Shown piece after piece: positions 22,520-35,339 of a stretch of DNA of 64,000 nucleotides (positions are counted from its first letter, which is position 1; each line of letters opens with the position of its first letter). The position numbers and the translations under genes were made by a program. The notes below the pieces were generated by a model, which worked only from the letters and a program-made list of their open reading frames with translations, made no database searches and was not told the origin of the DNA. The DNA is taken from assembly GCF_009834535.1 (NCBI RefSeq), contig NC_045717.1:4278001-4342000 (forward strand). The letters are read 5' to 3'. Origin of the DNA: Camelus ferus (lineage: Eukaryota).

Positions 22520-25030
22520 ATGATAATGATACAATGTGAACACCGTGAATTTGACATTGGTACAATGTGTGCGTATAGTTCTACGTCACGTGGACTTGTG
22601 CAACTGCACCTGGAATTAATTTCAGAACTATTCCACCACAAGTATCTCCCTAGGGCTGGATCCTTATAGTAACACCCACATCCTCCTCCTCCTCCAACAT
22701 CCCTGACCCACGGCAGCAACCACTCCAGTTCACGTCTCTGTAATTTTGTCATTTTCAGAGTGTTATTTCAATGGACTCTTACAGTATGTGCCCTTTTGAG
22801 ATTGAGGTTTTTTTCACTCAGTATAATGCCCTTTAGATCCATCCAAGTTGTTGCAATTGTTGCAACAATTCACTTCTTTTATTGCTGAGCAGTATTTCTT
22901 GGTATGGATGGATCACAGTTGGTTTAAGCATTCACCTATTGAAGGACATTTTAGTTGCTTGCAGTTTGGGCTGTTACAAACAAAGCTGTTATAAACAATC
23001 ACATGCAGGCTTTTATGTGGACATACACCTTCACTTCTCAGGGATAAATGTCCCAGAGTGCAATTCCTTGGCTCTTTTGGTACATGTGTGCCAAACTACC
23101 TTCCTGAGTGGTTGTACATTTTGCATTCCTACCAGTAATACATGAGAGATCCGGTTTCTCCACATTCTCACCAGCATTTAGCATTGTCTATATTTTAAAT
23201 TTTAGCTGTTCTAAAAGGTATCTGGTGATATCTCATCATGGCCTTAATTTGCATTTTTCATCCTATAGAACATTTTTCCATGTGTTTGCTTGTTTTTGAG
23301 GTTTGAGAGATTTTGGACAGATCAAAGAAAAACTTAGTACCAGAAGAAGTAGTAATACACAGCAAGTTTTATTGGGTGATGCTTGGACAGGGTTGCATGG
23401 GAGGGGAAGGCTCTCTTAGCAGCAGTCTGTTCAGCGACTGTGGCTTGAGGAGTTGCTGCTCAGAAGGGGAGGAGGTCAAGGGAAGGGGAGGACCAGAGAG
23501 GACGCTTACCTGTTTACGTGACATCATTCAGCAGCACGGCTGGGAGCCTCCGGGTCCCAGAACTCCCAAGGGCCGTGGTAGCTTGGGATTTTACAACCAC
23601 AAGGCTCTAGCTCATTAATGGTCAGCAGATAGAGGGTGAGGCTTTTCAGGGAATGTAAAGCAGCCAAGCTCTAAATGGCTAAAAATCTGCTTAGTTGGGC
23701 TATCTTTAAAACAGCTGGATGTATAAAAATTTGAGTCTGGTGCCAGCAGGCTTTTAGGCTAATGCATCTCAGCCTGCAATGAAGAAGGAAGCAACCTAGG
23801 GGCCGATGCACAAAGGCCATTTTTGGCTCATTTATATAACAATTTGCCATCTGTTTATTCTCTTCTGTGTAATGTCTCTTCATGCCTTTTACCCATTTTC
23901 TAATTGAACTGATTTTTTTTAATCCTGAGTTTGGGAAATTCTTTATGTGTTCTAGATGTGAGTCCTACATCAGATAAGTGGTTTGCAAATATTTCCTCCA
24001 AGTCTGTAGCTTGTCTTCTTATTGTCTTCACAGGGTCTTTCCCAAAGCAAAAGCTTTTAATTTTGATCATGTCCAATTTATTGATGTTTTTCCTTCTATG
24101 GATCATGTTTTTGGTGTTATATCTAAGAACTCTTCACCAATCCCTAGGTCCCAAAGATTTTCTCCTGTAGGTTTTTTTTTCTTTTTCCTGGAAGTGTTAT
24201 AGTTTTATGCTTAACATATCCATCTATAGCCAACTTTGAGTTAGATTTTGTGTAAGAGGTGACAGTTAGATTAAGGGTTACTTTATTTATTTTTGTTATG
24301 GGTATCTGTTTCGTCACCATTTTTGGAAAAGACCATGCTTTCTCCATGGGGATCACTTTTCCCCGTTGTCAGCATCAGTTGTCGGTACTTGCGTGGGGCT
24401 ATTTCTGGAACCTCTGTTCTGTTCCATTGATCCATGTGTCTTTGGTCAACACCACACAGTCTTGATTCCTGTAACTGCACAATAAGTCTTGAAATCAGGT
24501 AGAACGATTTCTCCCACTTCATTCTTTTCCAGGATTGTTTTAGATTTTCTAGTCCTTAGAAAGGTTTGGAATAACCTTGTCTTTATTTTCAAAATCTTCA
24601 TTAACCGCATTAAACTTGTGTATGAGTTTAAGAAGAGTTGTATCTTTACTATGTTGAGTGTTTCAGTCCATCCAAAGATGGGGAAGGGAACCTCCTACTG
24701 TGTTTTGGAGGGCTATCTCTGCTTAGCTCTCTCTTTTTGGATACTCTTCCCCACAAATTCCAGTTACCTCTGTCTTATAGTTTTCATAACTTAGTCAACT
24801 TGGCAAGATTTCAGTCTCAGTTTGGGCTTCTTCTCCTTATTCTAAACTCCAGAAATTAACTCCAGACAGAAAGTCAATGCAATTATAAAGCTCATCTTAT
24901 TTACCTCCCTACTCTCAATAACTATCTGCTGGAATCATAGTTCTTTTCTGCTCATTGTCCATTGTCTTAAGAAAAAAAGCTTGTCTTGTATTTTAGGTGT
25001 TTGTGGTGTAGGCATGGGACATTTCTTATC
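22520..25030 (-). mobile_element. Old L1 (L1MC-type) 3' UTR, ORF2 pieces and upstream remnant, interrupted by a solo LTR
   Basis: gaatttgacattggtacaatgtgtgcgtatagttct (L1MC 3' end). ORFs 23900-24106(-) KLDMIKIKSFCFGKD...DLEEIFANH and 24283-24522(-) QRHMDQWNRTEVPEI are ORF2 C-terminal-like. Confidence 0.8.
23291..23812 (-). mobile_element. Solo ERV LTR (tentatively MER74/MER73/MER54-like)
   Basis: Minus strand begins TGTGCATCGGCCCCTAGG and ends ...CTCAAAAACA (TG...CA); AATAAA near the 3' end (about 23360); cleanly splits the host L1. Confidence 0.75.
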
Positions 25031-26027
25031 GTTGTGCTTTGGATAAAAACTTAATGAAATGAGCAAACAAGCTATGTGGATACCCATCCATGGGAAGAGC
25101 TTTCGTGGCAGAAGGAAGAGTGAGTCCAAATCTCTGAGGCTGAGCTGTGTGTGGCTTAGGCACTGTTATCCCACTGCCTAGTGAAGAGACCGAGGGTCAC
25201 AGAGGTTCGCTGCCTGCATAATGGCAGAAAATGGCAGAAAATGGCAGATTCAACCCACAACTGATAACAGCATCTGAGCTCCTTCCCCTGGGTCTCCTCA
25301 CCTCCCCTGAAGGCTGTGGGGTTGGTGAAGATTTATGGGCTCTGACTAACAGGTGGAACTTGTTATCACAGTAGGTTTTACGAGCTGAAAAACATAAATT
25401 GCTTAAAAATGTGCTTCGACAGACTCAAGGTTGGTACGTTTGTAATGGCTTATGGGCACCAGGGGACTTTCCGGAGAATGTTTGTTGGTTCTGGTAATGG
25501 CACTGTGTCAATACAGTTTTCCTTTGTAGCAGTTCTGTTTGCTCTCCTGGGTTGAGGAAGTGTGCTCTCTTGTTTGACAACCACCAAGGCCCTTCTCCAA
25601 CTCAGGACAGATGGGAGCCATGAGTGAGGCATGTGTGTTAACAACAGCTCCAGTTCTTGAAAGCCTGGTGTACCCCAGGCCCTTTGCATACATTATCTGG
25701 CGTCCACACAGCAACCCCGTGCAGGAGGTATCAATATTCCATTCTGTCAAGCAAGAAAGGAGAGCTCTGGGAAAGAACTTTCCGTGTCCACTCAGTTTGC
25801 AAAGGTTCGATTTTTGCCTGCCCTGTTTCTGCTTACTTTAATGTTGGCTAAACTTTGGAGGCAGAAGGACATAGCATGGTTATTATTTTTGATCACTTCA
25901 TCAGATATGAGACTCAGCCTTTTCTTTTTCTCCTGTGGTTTTTGTGAGAAGGTTTAAAGAAGAGAAAAATAGATGGAAAAGTCAAAGTTGCAGAGAGGTG
26001 TTCTCTCTCCTCTTCTAAGACCGTGGG

Positions 26028-26028
<1 letters not shown>

Positions 26029-26063
<35 letters not shown>
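26029..26063. repeat. (TG)17 microsatellite
   Basis: Seen directly. Confidence 0.97.
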
Positions 26064-26065
<2 letters not shown>

Positions 26066-26553
26066 TGCATGGGGAGGGGTTGTGAACTGCAGATTTCAGG
26101 ATTATGAACTGGAAAGAGCACAGAGCCAAGGGTATGTTGGATAGAAGAAGAGTTAGTGTAGGTTCTCAGGTGTGTGAAGGCACAGGTGCCAAGACCCAGG
26201 AAAAGAGAGAGCCAGAGGCCAGATCCCAGCCAGCCATGGGAGCACGCACTTCAGAGAGCTTGGGGGGACAGAAAAGACCAGTCACTGGACGTGCTCTGCC
26301 CGCATGAGAGAGGAGAAGGACTGAGGGGGTGATGCTTAGCATCCGTAGATGATTTGACTATTGTGAAGTTTTTCACTATTGCTTCTGAAACACAGTATTA
26401 GGGCTCCTTGTAAGGTTTGGGTACAAAGAGGGCAAGGAGAGGGCACTGCTTGTTCAGGCTTCTAAACATTTCTAGGCACATCATATGCAAGCAATATGAG
26501 AAATCTCTAGAACCAATAATACATTTATAGACCAAAGGAAGACATCAAGTTTA

Positions 26554-26735
26554 CTTTTTTTATTGAATTATAGTCAGTTTACAATGTTGTGTTACTTTCT
26601 GGTGCGCAGCATAGTGAGTGATTCATTTACGCAGACATATATATTCCTTTTCATATTTTTTATTATGGGCCTTTACAAGGTATTGAGTATCGTTCCCTGT
26701 GCTAGACAGTAGGACCTTGTTTACCCATTTTATGT
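26554..26735 (-). mobile_element. L1 3'-terminal fragment
   Basis: tttttttattgaattatagtcagtttacaatgttgtgttactttctggtgcgcagc...gttccctgtgctagacagtaggaccttg. Confidence 0.85.
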
Positions 26736-27700
26736 AACTTTTCTTTCCTTCTCTTTCCCCCACTAGTGTTTATGGGAGTAAGGGTCTTTCTCCGGTTTTA
26801 TGGCCCTCAGCTCCAAGTTTAATACCTTAGGCTCCCAGGGATGTAAAGAAACTATGAGGAAGATGTGAAGTTATCTAGATCCCAGAATGTCAAGACTGTT
26901 TATTGACAATATGATACCTGCAGGAATTTTTTCTTCCTCCCTCCCTTCCTTCCTTCCATATGTTTGTTGAACAACCCATTATGTACCAGGTTATTATGTA
27001 CCAGAACTTAGCTCAAAGAACTAGTGCTCATATGTGTATATTGCAATTTTTACGACATTACAAAATCCCTTCAATGTCCCTTGTGTCACAATAACAACTC
27101 CATCGCATGCTAAGTAACTGGGAAGTTACTAAAAATGATGGGAAGAGGAGGAAACTCATAAGACCAGTGGAAACCTCTGCAGCTCTAGTCTCTGACCACT
27201 GAGCAGTTCACAGATGAGATCTGCTGACGTCGTGGCACTGAAGGAGGGCGTGGTCCTCCATCATGAACGGATGAGATCAATATCCAAACAGCATAAACTT
27301 TACACGTCAAATAGGGGAGAGGTGAGGCAAGGTCTGCGACCATGGGGTCTTGGTGCAGGCTTAGTATGCAGTGGCTTTTTTGTTTTTTGAAAGATAAAAT
27401 GCAAAGACTCAGGAAATAAGAGGAGACTCTGCCATTGCCTGGTGAATTGACCAGAGATGATTTAACTCTAGGCTCCTGTCATTTAAACCAAAGATTCTGA
27501 TTGCATTCTTGAGTCAACATTACCACTTAAAAAAAAAAAAAAAAAAAAAAGACATGAAGTGGTTTACAATAAAATCAAAGACAAAATAAGATAAAACACC
27601 GTAACAGGATAAAGGACCTAATGGGAAGGACTAGGAAAATATATGGGGAAAGTACATCGTAGTTTAGAAAGGCGATAGCATTTGCATGCAAAATTTAGTC

Positions 27701-27901
27701 CTGTAAACCAAGATATTGGCTTCCTGGATCACAAGGTCTACATTTTATTCCTCTCTTTTTGCAGAAGTGCCCACTGTGGTGCTTGGTACCTGTCAGATGC
27801 TCAGTGGAAATAGGTATTTCTGTACCATGAGGGCTCAGGAAAGCTCATATGCCATTTCCTGCTCAATTGCTCGACTTAGCTTGTCCAAAACAGAACTCTG
27901 G
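27701..27901 (+). repeat. 201-bp segment identical to 29733-29933 (probable recipient copy)
   Basis: Base-by-base comparison shows no mismatch; offset 2032 bp. Confidence 0.95.
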
Positions 27902-29732
27902 GCTTCCACTGCCGATGACAACTTTGGTCAAGAGGGAAACGTTAAGGCTGACACAGTTCTTACAGTCTGGTGGAAGGACAGATATGGATTATTCAGAATC
28001 ACAGCCCTGAGTCCTGAGAGAATGTGTCACATGACCCTCTACACTGGGGCATGGAACGCTATATAATTTTGCGTAAAGATTTATATGCAAAGATGCTTCA
28101 TGAAGCTAGTGATCTCAATCCTGGCATACAATGAAAATACCGGTATTTCTGTATTTATTTTGTTTAATACCAAGCTGTATTTTCTTTTCATCTGATTTGT
28201 CTACTTAATTTAATTATTAATGTTAAGACTGGATTTCACTGGAAGTAAAAATGAATCAACGCAATAAAAAACGTTTACTATAATTCACATAAAGTTTATC
28301 TGCATTTCAAAACATGAAGCCAGAACATCTATAAAAATACTACATCCATTATAATTCTAATATAAACCATTAGCTGTTACCAGTTCTGCTGTTTTCTGGA
28401 ATGTCAGTCCTTCTCTGGGCACTGCAGCAGCTGGCCCACTGTGATTCTACACTTCCCTGCAGGGTTTTGCTCCCCTAAGTTGAGCTTTCAGGAAAACCAC
28501 TCTTGGTTGGGGATTCTAAGTTTTTGACAAAATTTGGTTTCTTTCCCCACCCACCTGGAGCCGTGGTCTTGCCTTTGGCTTCAAGTCTTTCCATATGCAA
28601 CTTCAGGGAGTCCCTCCGATGCCTCCTCAGGCTGGGTCCATGGCAGCACTATGTTTTGAGGGGTGAAAAGTGGGGATGTTGAAGAGGAGTTGCAGATACT
28701 TAATAATAAAGAGGGAACCTAGGGAGCTCTAGTGAGAATATCAAGCATGGGAGAAGGGTTGAAGGAGGGAAGAGTTACAGACAGAACCAACAAGTGAACA
28801 GGATTCAAACATGTGGCCCAAAGACATTGCTATATCCATGAAAACATCAATGTTTAGGAGAGTCCAAAGTACCCCAGTTTGCACTGGAATCACTAATTGC
28901 ATCATTACCTTTGAAAGGAAATGATTTGTTACGATCTGCATGCTCGGCTCTAAGGACTCGCTTAGATCAGTGGGTGTCCAGATGATGAAATATCAAATGA
29001 CCACTGACATGTAATGTCAAACAATTTTTAATGACATGAAAAGTATTCATAATACAATGGTAAGTTAAAAAAAAAGTCAGAGTGAAAATACTATATTCAT
29101 CATGATCTAACTAAAAGGAAAAGACTGGAAAAAGTATACCAAATGTTACCATGGAGAGCAAAAATGGAGCTAAGCCCCAGGGTTGCCATCAGGGGCCAAG
29201 CTGGGACCTTGCCCCAAACCCAGCTCCAAACCTGGGAGTAAACATTTTGGCCAAGCTTCTGTAGCCTAGAGCAAGAAGTCAAGGCCGTGTGGATCTCTGC
29301 TTCTCCACTCCAGAGAAGACAAAAAGAGGGCTCCTCCTGTATTCCCTCTCATTTCTATGGATGTCAAGCATCACTTGTTCATCGACTCAGGGATAACGCA
29401 ACTTTTTTGCTTTTGACTCGCGTGGGCTGAGTCTGAAGGTGGAACGTATCTCATAATACATTTCTGTCCCTGACTCTCTTTGTTCTAAGAATTTGGCTTC
29501 CTAGACAAATGAAATCATCTTAACAAAAACATGTTCAGTGAATTTCTGATCATTTAACACGACTATGTAGGCAGTGTCACATCCTGGATTCCTGCTCAGA
29601 CAAGTGTTAACATACACCTGCCCCAGAAATGCCCACAGATTTATCACAACCTTGCTGCTCTGGTCAAGACTTTTGTGTCTCTGACTTTGCCCACGAGAAA
29701 ATTGCAATCTTAGGGGACATACATTGTTGAGG

Positions 29733-29933
29733 CTGTAAACCAAGATATTGGCTTCCTGGATCACAAGGTCTACATTTTATTCCTCTCTTTTTGCAGAAGT
29801 GCCCACTGTGGTGCTTGGTACCTGTCAGATGCTCAGTGGAAATAGGTATTTCTGTACCATGAGGGCTCAGGAAAGCTCATATGCCATTTCCTGCTCAATT
29901 GCTCGACTTAGCTTGTCCAAAACAGAACTCTGG
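29733..29933 (+). repeat. 201-bp segment identical to 27701-27901 (probable donor copy)
   Basis: Same comparison; this copy continues into L2-like sequence downstream. Confidence 0.95.
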
Positions 29934-31120
29934 ATTTCCACTGCCAATGAGTTCTTTCCCAAACCTACCTCCCTACCTCCACTCAACCCAGTTGGGCTCC
30001 AGCCCAACCTTAACAGTCATCCCTGACTTTGACTCTTCTCCTTCCCTCTCCTTCACATCCAATCTATCAGCAAATTCTGCTGGCTCTGCTTCCAATAGAT
30101 CCTAAACCATCATCTCTCAAATAGACCGTGGCAACAGCCTCTGAACTGGCTGTATGTGTTTGCTAAGGCTGCTATAATAAAATATCACAGACCAGGTGTT
30201 TATAACAACAAAAATTAATTTTTTTTATAATTCTGGAAGGCAAGAAGTCCGAGATCAAATTGTCCACAGGGTTCACTTCTTCTGAGGCCTCGCTCCTTGG
30301 CTTGCAGAGAACTATATTTTCCTTGTGTTTTCATATAATCTTCCCTGTGTGTCTGTGTCCTAATCTCCTCATCTTATATGGACACAGGTCATATTGAATT
30401 AGGGCCCACCCTAAGCACCTCAATTTAACTATATACCATTGTAAAGACCCTATTTCCAAATACAGTCACCTTCTGAGGAACTGGGGGTTAGGGTTTCAAC
30501 ATGTGAATTTTGGGAGGACACAGTTCAGCCCGTTCCGCTCGTCTCCCTGCTTTCCTTCTTGTCTCCTAAAGTCTAGTTTCCACAGTCAGCAAGAGGAATC
30601 TAAACACCTTGCCATTCCTCTCTTCTTAAAACCCTCTGATGGCTTCCCGTGGCACTTATATTTACATTCAAGATTTCCGTCTCGGCCTCTGAGGATACCC
30701 CTACCCTCTGCAACCTCACCTGTTATGACTCTTGTTTGCTCAGCCCTTCTGGCCTTCTTTCTATCCCCCAAGCACGCCAGAAGTTATTCCCACCTCGGTG
30801 ACCTTGCACCTGCTGTTCCTTTTGGGTGAAACACGCCTCCTCCAGGCTGGCATCTCCCCGAAGGCTCTCCCCCGAGGCTGGTATCTTCTCAGTACTCGGG
30901 TTCACCCCAGAGTTACTTTTACCTTCCTGGGCCCTCCCCTCTCCTTCCTGCCCAGCCAATGCCAGCCCAGCACGCAGAACCCCCCTAGACCCTCATCCTG
31001 TCTGATTTCTTTCATAGTATCATCACTATCTGAATTTTTCCAATTTTTAAATGTTTTAAAACTGTCTATCTCCATCACACTAATGTAAACCTTAGTATAA
31101 ATTCACACCCAGTAAATAAC
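29900..31120 (+). mobile_element. L2 element split by an MLT1A LTR
   Basis: cttagcttgtccaaaacagaactctgg, cagtcatccctgactttgactcttctcc...cacatccaatctatcagcaaattctg; resumes near 30540 with cttaaaaccctctgatggcttccc. Confidence 0.8.
30151..30535 (-). mobile_element. MaLR solo LTR (MLT1A/B-like)
   Basis: tgtatgtgtttgctaaggctgctataataaaatatcacagac...ttagggcccaccctaa...ttttgggaggacacagttcagccc. Confidence 0.9.
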
Positions 31121-32741
31121 ATTTATTTAATTACCAAAGGAAACCTTCTTCAAAATATGGACACAGCGAACTTCAACGCAGCTTTTCATTTGCCAATAAA
31201 TTAGCATCTTCTTACTGACGCTCTTCATAAATGACATCACTCATTCGTTCATTCAGCAAATGTTGATCAGATACAGGATGGAAAGGTAGGAAGAACGTGG
31301 GTTCTGCAGTAAGCAGATGGGGAATAAAATCCTGTCTCTAATACTTTGCTGTGTTGCCTCCTGCAAGATGTCTAACCTCTCTAAAATTGTGAATCTGTTA
31401 AACAGGGATTCAAAATACTCTTGTCCCTACTTCAGAGTGCATCCAGAAATAAGGTGGACTGATAGATGTAGAGAGGGACAGACAGATGGAGAGTATGTGA
31501 TCAAGGGAGTGTCATAAAATCTTAATGGTGGAATCTAGGTGGTGGGTATACGGGTCCTTGCTACAAAATTTTCAATTTTTCTGCATGTTTGAACTTTTTC
31601 ATAGTGAAATATTGGGGTAGAAAAGCAGAGCAAAGCCAAACAACCTTGCAGGTTTGTTTTCAGGATGAAAGGATACAGCATTTGTAATGTACATCACAGG
31701 GGTGCTTGGAGCGCTAGAGGATTCAGTAAACGCAAACTGCTGGTGTCATTTTCTCTCAAATGTGCTACGTAGTGGAGGAGGACCCAAGAGGAATGAGGGG
31801 GAAAGAGTTGCAGATGCTCCTAACACAGGGAGGAATTGCTCTAATAAAGCCACTGCACAGGCAGGGGGCTGCAGGGTCACAGGAGAGGGAAGGACTGAGC
31901 CTGCTCCTGCTCGGAATAGGAAAGGTGCAAACAGCCATGAGAAGTAGATTTTGAGGTGGGCCTTGAAGGGTGAGGAGCTGTCCAAATGGGGCAAAAGAGG
32001 CACTGGGTTTTGTTTAGAGGTCAAGTTATATGACATCCCCTTTCAATCTGCAACGGATTAGCGCTCTCCTTTCCACAAACATTTCCTTGAGTTTTTAGCC
32101 ACGTCTTTCCAAGTTGGACGTCAGGTATACTGTTTCATCTCCTGTTATAGCTAAACTTGGAGCCCTGTCTGGGGATGCAATGAACTTTAATCTTGCTGAG
32201 TGGAAACTTGAGTGATTAGAAGATTTATCTTCATTTCTGGGTTCTGTCTTGGAACAAAATTTGTTTTTTGTTTGTTTGTTTCTTGATTTTTTTTTTTTGG
32301 TTAGGATTACAGGGTGCCTTAGCATGCAGTCACCTAGAAAGATTTCACAATGTGTCAAACCTTCTGGAAGACCAGCGTGGCAAGCAATGGGCGTAGATTT
32401 TCTCTCTGCCTTTGCCCTCTAAATAGGAAGACCTGATCTGATCAAATCAACAGAATTTTCTGTCGATTGTGGTGAATGTTTTTTCCCCCAGGGACTTGCA
32501 GATAAATTGGGTATATCCGTTTCTTGCAACTGATGTTATTTCTTCCTGGAAAACCAAGGCAAAAGACATGTCTAAACGCAGCGTAAAATTCAAGGTGGCC
32601 AACTGTCAGCCAGAGATGACACGAATCAAAATCTTTCCAGGTCAGATAGCTGTAGCTGTGTCCCAGGCGTTCCCTCATTCCCTTAACAAACTTGCACACT
32701 TTTCTGTTCTGTGCCAGAAGCTGGGAATGTGAGGATGATTT

Positions 32742-33240
32742 TGCAGGGGCTCAGAACAGTTCTCCCTGAGAGGTGCCACCTTGACATGGAGATTATTTTG
32801 AGCTAAAGGCAATTGAGACCCTTTGGGCTCAAGAGAAACTACTGTCTCTTCTTTAACTATTTAGAATAATTTAAATCGGGAATTTTTTTTTTCCCCAGAA
32901 AAAGAGTTAGTCCCAAAGATAAATTTTATCTAAGCCACCGTCTGTATAGCAGGGCAAACAACTAATTACCAAACATCTGCTCTTCTTTTTATCATTAAGA
33001 TGACATCAATTATTATCATCATTAGTGAATGACCCTTCTGTCCTTGGAAGCCCCAGCCCTTATCCCATTCCGTATCTCCGGGTGGCGTATGTACCTCAGC
33101 ACCTCTCACGGATGTGGGGTTCTTGTACTTACAAAATTAAATTCAATTTTCTCCTGCTAATTTGTCTCATGTCAACTTAATTCTTAGCCCAGCCAGAAGA
33201 CCCTACACAGGTGGAAGAAAAGTTTCTTCCTCCCCGATCA
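32742..33240 (+). mobile_element. Solo ERV1-class LTR (MER34/MER39-like)
   Basis: TG...CA ends; ggagattattttgagctaaaggcaattgag near the 5' end and cttaattcttagcccagccagaagacc...gaaaagtttcttcctcccc at the 3' end; no primer-binding site follows. Confidence 0.75.
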
Positions 33241-33619
33241 CCTAGACACATGCCGGTTCCCAGGAGCCCACAGGCTAGCGGGGAGGACCGAGGCCTGCAG
33301 ATGGATATTAGCTACAGGGTCAGGGCTAACAAAGATGGACGAACAGGGGCCTGGGATTCCCAAAGGAGGAGGGATAGAATGAAATTGTCTTGGTTATATA
33401 TAAAAGCTACAAACCCGCTTCCTATGAGTCAAAAAATGGAATACCTTTCTGCTTTGTTCTTCTCCTTAGAAAACTGTCAACAGGGAAGGCTTTGTGCTTA
33501 CTTACTTGTGAGCAAATGATGGTGAATGTGCCAAACAGAGCTCTAAGACCTCAGGAGCCTTCCAGGAGACTTCACTGAGGTTGTGCTGTTAAAAGAAGGG
33601 AAGGTTGAACCCATGAATG

Positions 33620-33800
33620 TGGAGCATTTATCCTGGGCCAGCACATACAGAAAGCATTTCATTTAACCCTCCCAACAACCCTGGGGCACATCACTGGGGA
33701 GGAAAATGAGCCTCGGAGAGCTTGGGTGCTTCGCTCAAGCACATGGGACAGAGCTGGGATGCAAACCCTAATCTTCTGGTCCTCAAAGCTCATGCTTCTT
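33620..33800 (-). mobile_element. MIR
   Basis: catttcatttaaccctcccaacaaccctgggg...gaggaaaatgagcctcggagag. Confidence 0.7.
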
Positions 33801-34589
33801 CTGCCAGACTCTCGCCTCCGATTTCAGAGAAGACTCATTTTAGTTAGGGAGAGAGGCTAGAACCTCTTGCAAAGAACGGTGCTGTTATCTTTTCAGGGGC
33901 AAATCCGTGTCTGATGTGGCCGCTTGGGAGATTAGGATAAAGGCTCCTGACCGTTACCATGAGCCATGGCAACTTTTAGGAGCCTGAGGGGAGGAGGTGT
34001 AGGGAGAACTCATTGGCTGTATCTTTAGGCAAATACTCCTTCAAGCTTGACTGGGATTTCAAGCTCCATTGTATCTTTTTATTGTATCTTTGGTGTTTCT
34101 CTGATGGGGGTCAGGTAATTAGACAATTAAAGAATCCAGGTTAGTTGGGATAAACTCCTAGTTACCTTTGGGGATGGTAAATGAAGGGAGGATAACGTTG
34201 GTGTGGATGCTATTCTGGACAAGGACCCAGGAGTGCTCAAATCCTGCTCTGCCAATCACTGTCCACCCCCAGGAAGATACCTAAGGCAGGTTTGCATCCA
34301 GCATAAGAGAAAATACTAGAATTAAAGTACCGCTTTGTTCCTATCTGCGTAAGTATAGCAGCAGGTTTCTGGGAAGTTTCTCCAAACCATCTCCTCTTCT
34401 CCCCGTCTAACTGAGGTTACCAGGAGGTCCACATGGGCTTTCTAGGGAAGCAAGAGATACCCAGGCCCGAGGGAGGGTCGCTTCTCTGAGAAGAAGAGAG
34501 AAGAGGCTGGCTGACTTGCCCGGAAGAAGTGGCACGTTAGGAAATACAGGAGAGTGAAGAGAAACCATCTGAGGACCAGCAGCCCTACC

Positions 34590-34850
34590 CAGGGGCGAGA
34601 CGACGCCAGACCTCATCGCACACCCTGAGAGCTGGCTAAACCTCCTCCCCGCCGAGGAGCCAGGAAGGGGAGGTAGAGGCGTCCCTGGCGTGGTGAGAGG
34701 GCGTGAAGAGCGGCCCTCCTCCACACAAAGTGTGTCCCCTCCGGGCCGTGCGCCCCGATCCAGAAGGGCAAGGAGGCGGGTCACGGGGCAGCCACGCTGG
34801 TTCCACGTGGTCCTGTTGTTCTGGTCACACCGACTGGGGTGCGCTGGTCA
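34590..34850. promoter_or_regulatory. CpG-rich micro-island, putative regulatory element
   Basis: About 20 CpG in about 260 bp by hand count, GC-rich; GC box-like GAGGCGGG at 34773-34780 and E-box CACGTG at 34804-34809. Function is inferred only. Confidence 0.4.
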
Positions 34851-34859
34851 GAGTTCTGG

Positions 34860-35217
34860 TCCTACGAATACACAATTCACATTGGTGGGGAGTCAGTCTT
34901 GCTGGTGGCAAAGCTTATCATATGTGAACTTTGGAATTCCAGGCGGCATCTTCTAAATACCCTGAGGACCAAGTGGCAGAGAGAGAGTGAACCTTTCCAG
35001 GAGAGAAACACGAAGCTAATGCCCAGAGAGAAACAGGCACAAGGATGCAGGAAGCATCCGGATGGCTTTTCCTGCCCTGATCTACATCTTTATGAGGCTC
35101 CTGCTGCATCTCTATCCTAAGGCTCCGAGAGACACATCTGTTTCCTGTTAATACTTTTCTCTTTGCTTAAGCAAAGGACTTCCATTCCTTGAAACTAAAA
35201 GAACTATGTCTAATACA
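34860..35217 (+). mobile_element. MaLR solo LTR (MLT1H/J-like)
   Basis: cccagagagaaacaggcac...ctctttgcttaagc...gaaactaaaagaactatgtctaataca is the typical MLT1 3' end. Confidence 0.75.
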
Positions 35218-35339
35218 GTTAGTAAATAGGCTTTAATAAAAAGGTTATTCCATGCCACGCAACTGTACAGAGTTCCTTCTCTGATATTATTTCATATATT
35301 CTTACAAAGCCTGGGACTCTTTAAAACTGGGCCCCCAAA

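Noticed and set aside
25221-25248. 10-bp unit atggcagaaa repeated 2.8 times; similar micro-duplications at 26978-27004 and about 42820
   Set aside because: These are ordinary slippage duplications; there are no spacers, so not CRISPR-like.
27716-30026. Two ORFs sharing the N-terminus MASWITRSTFYSS..., resembling paralogous genes
   Set aside because: They are explained by the 201-bp DNA duplication, start at TTG and overlap L2-like sequence.
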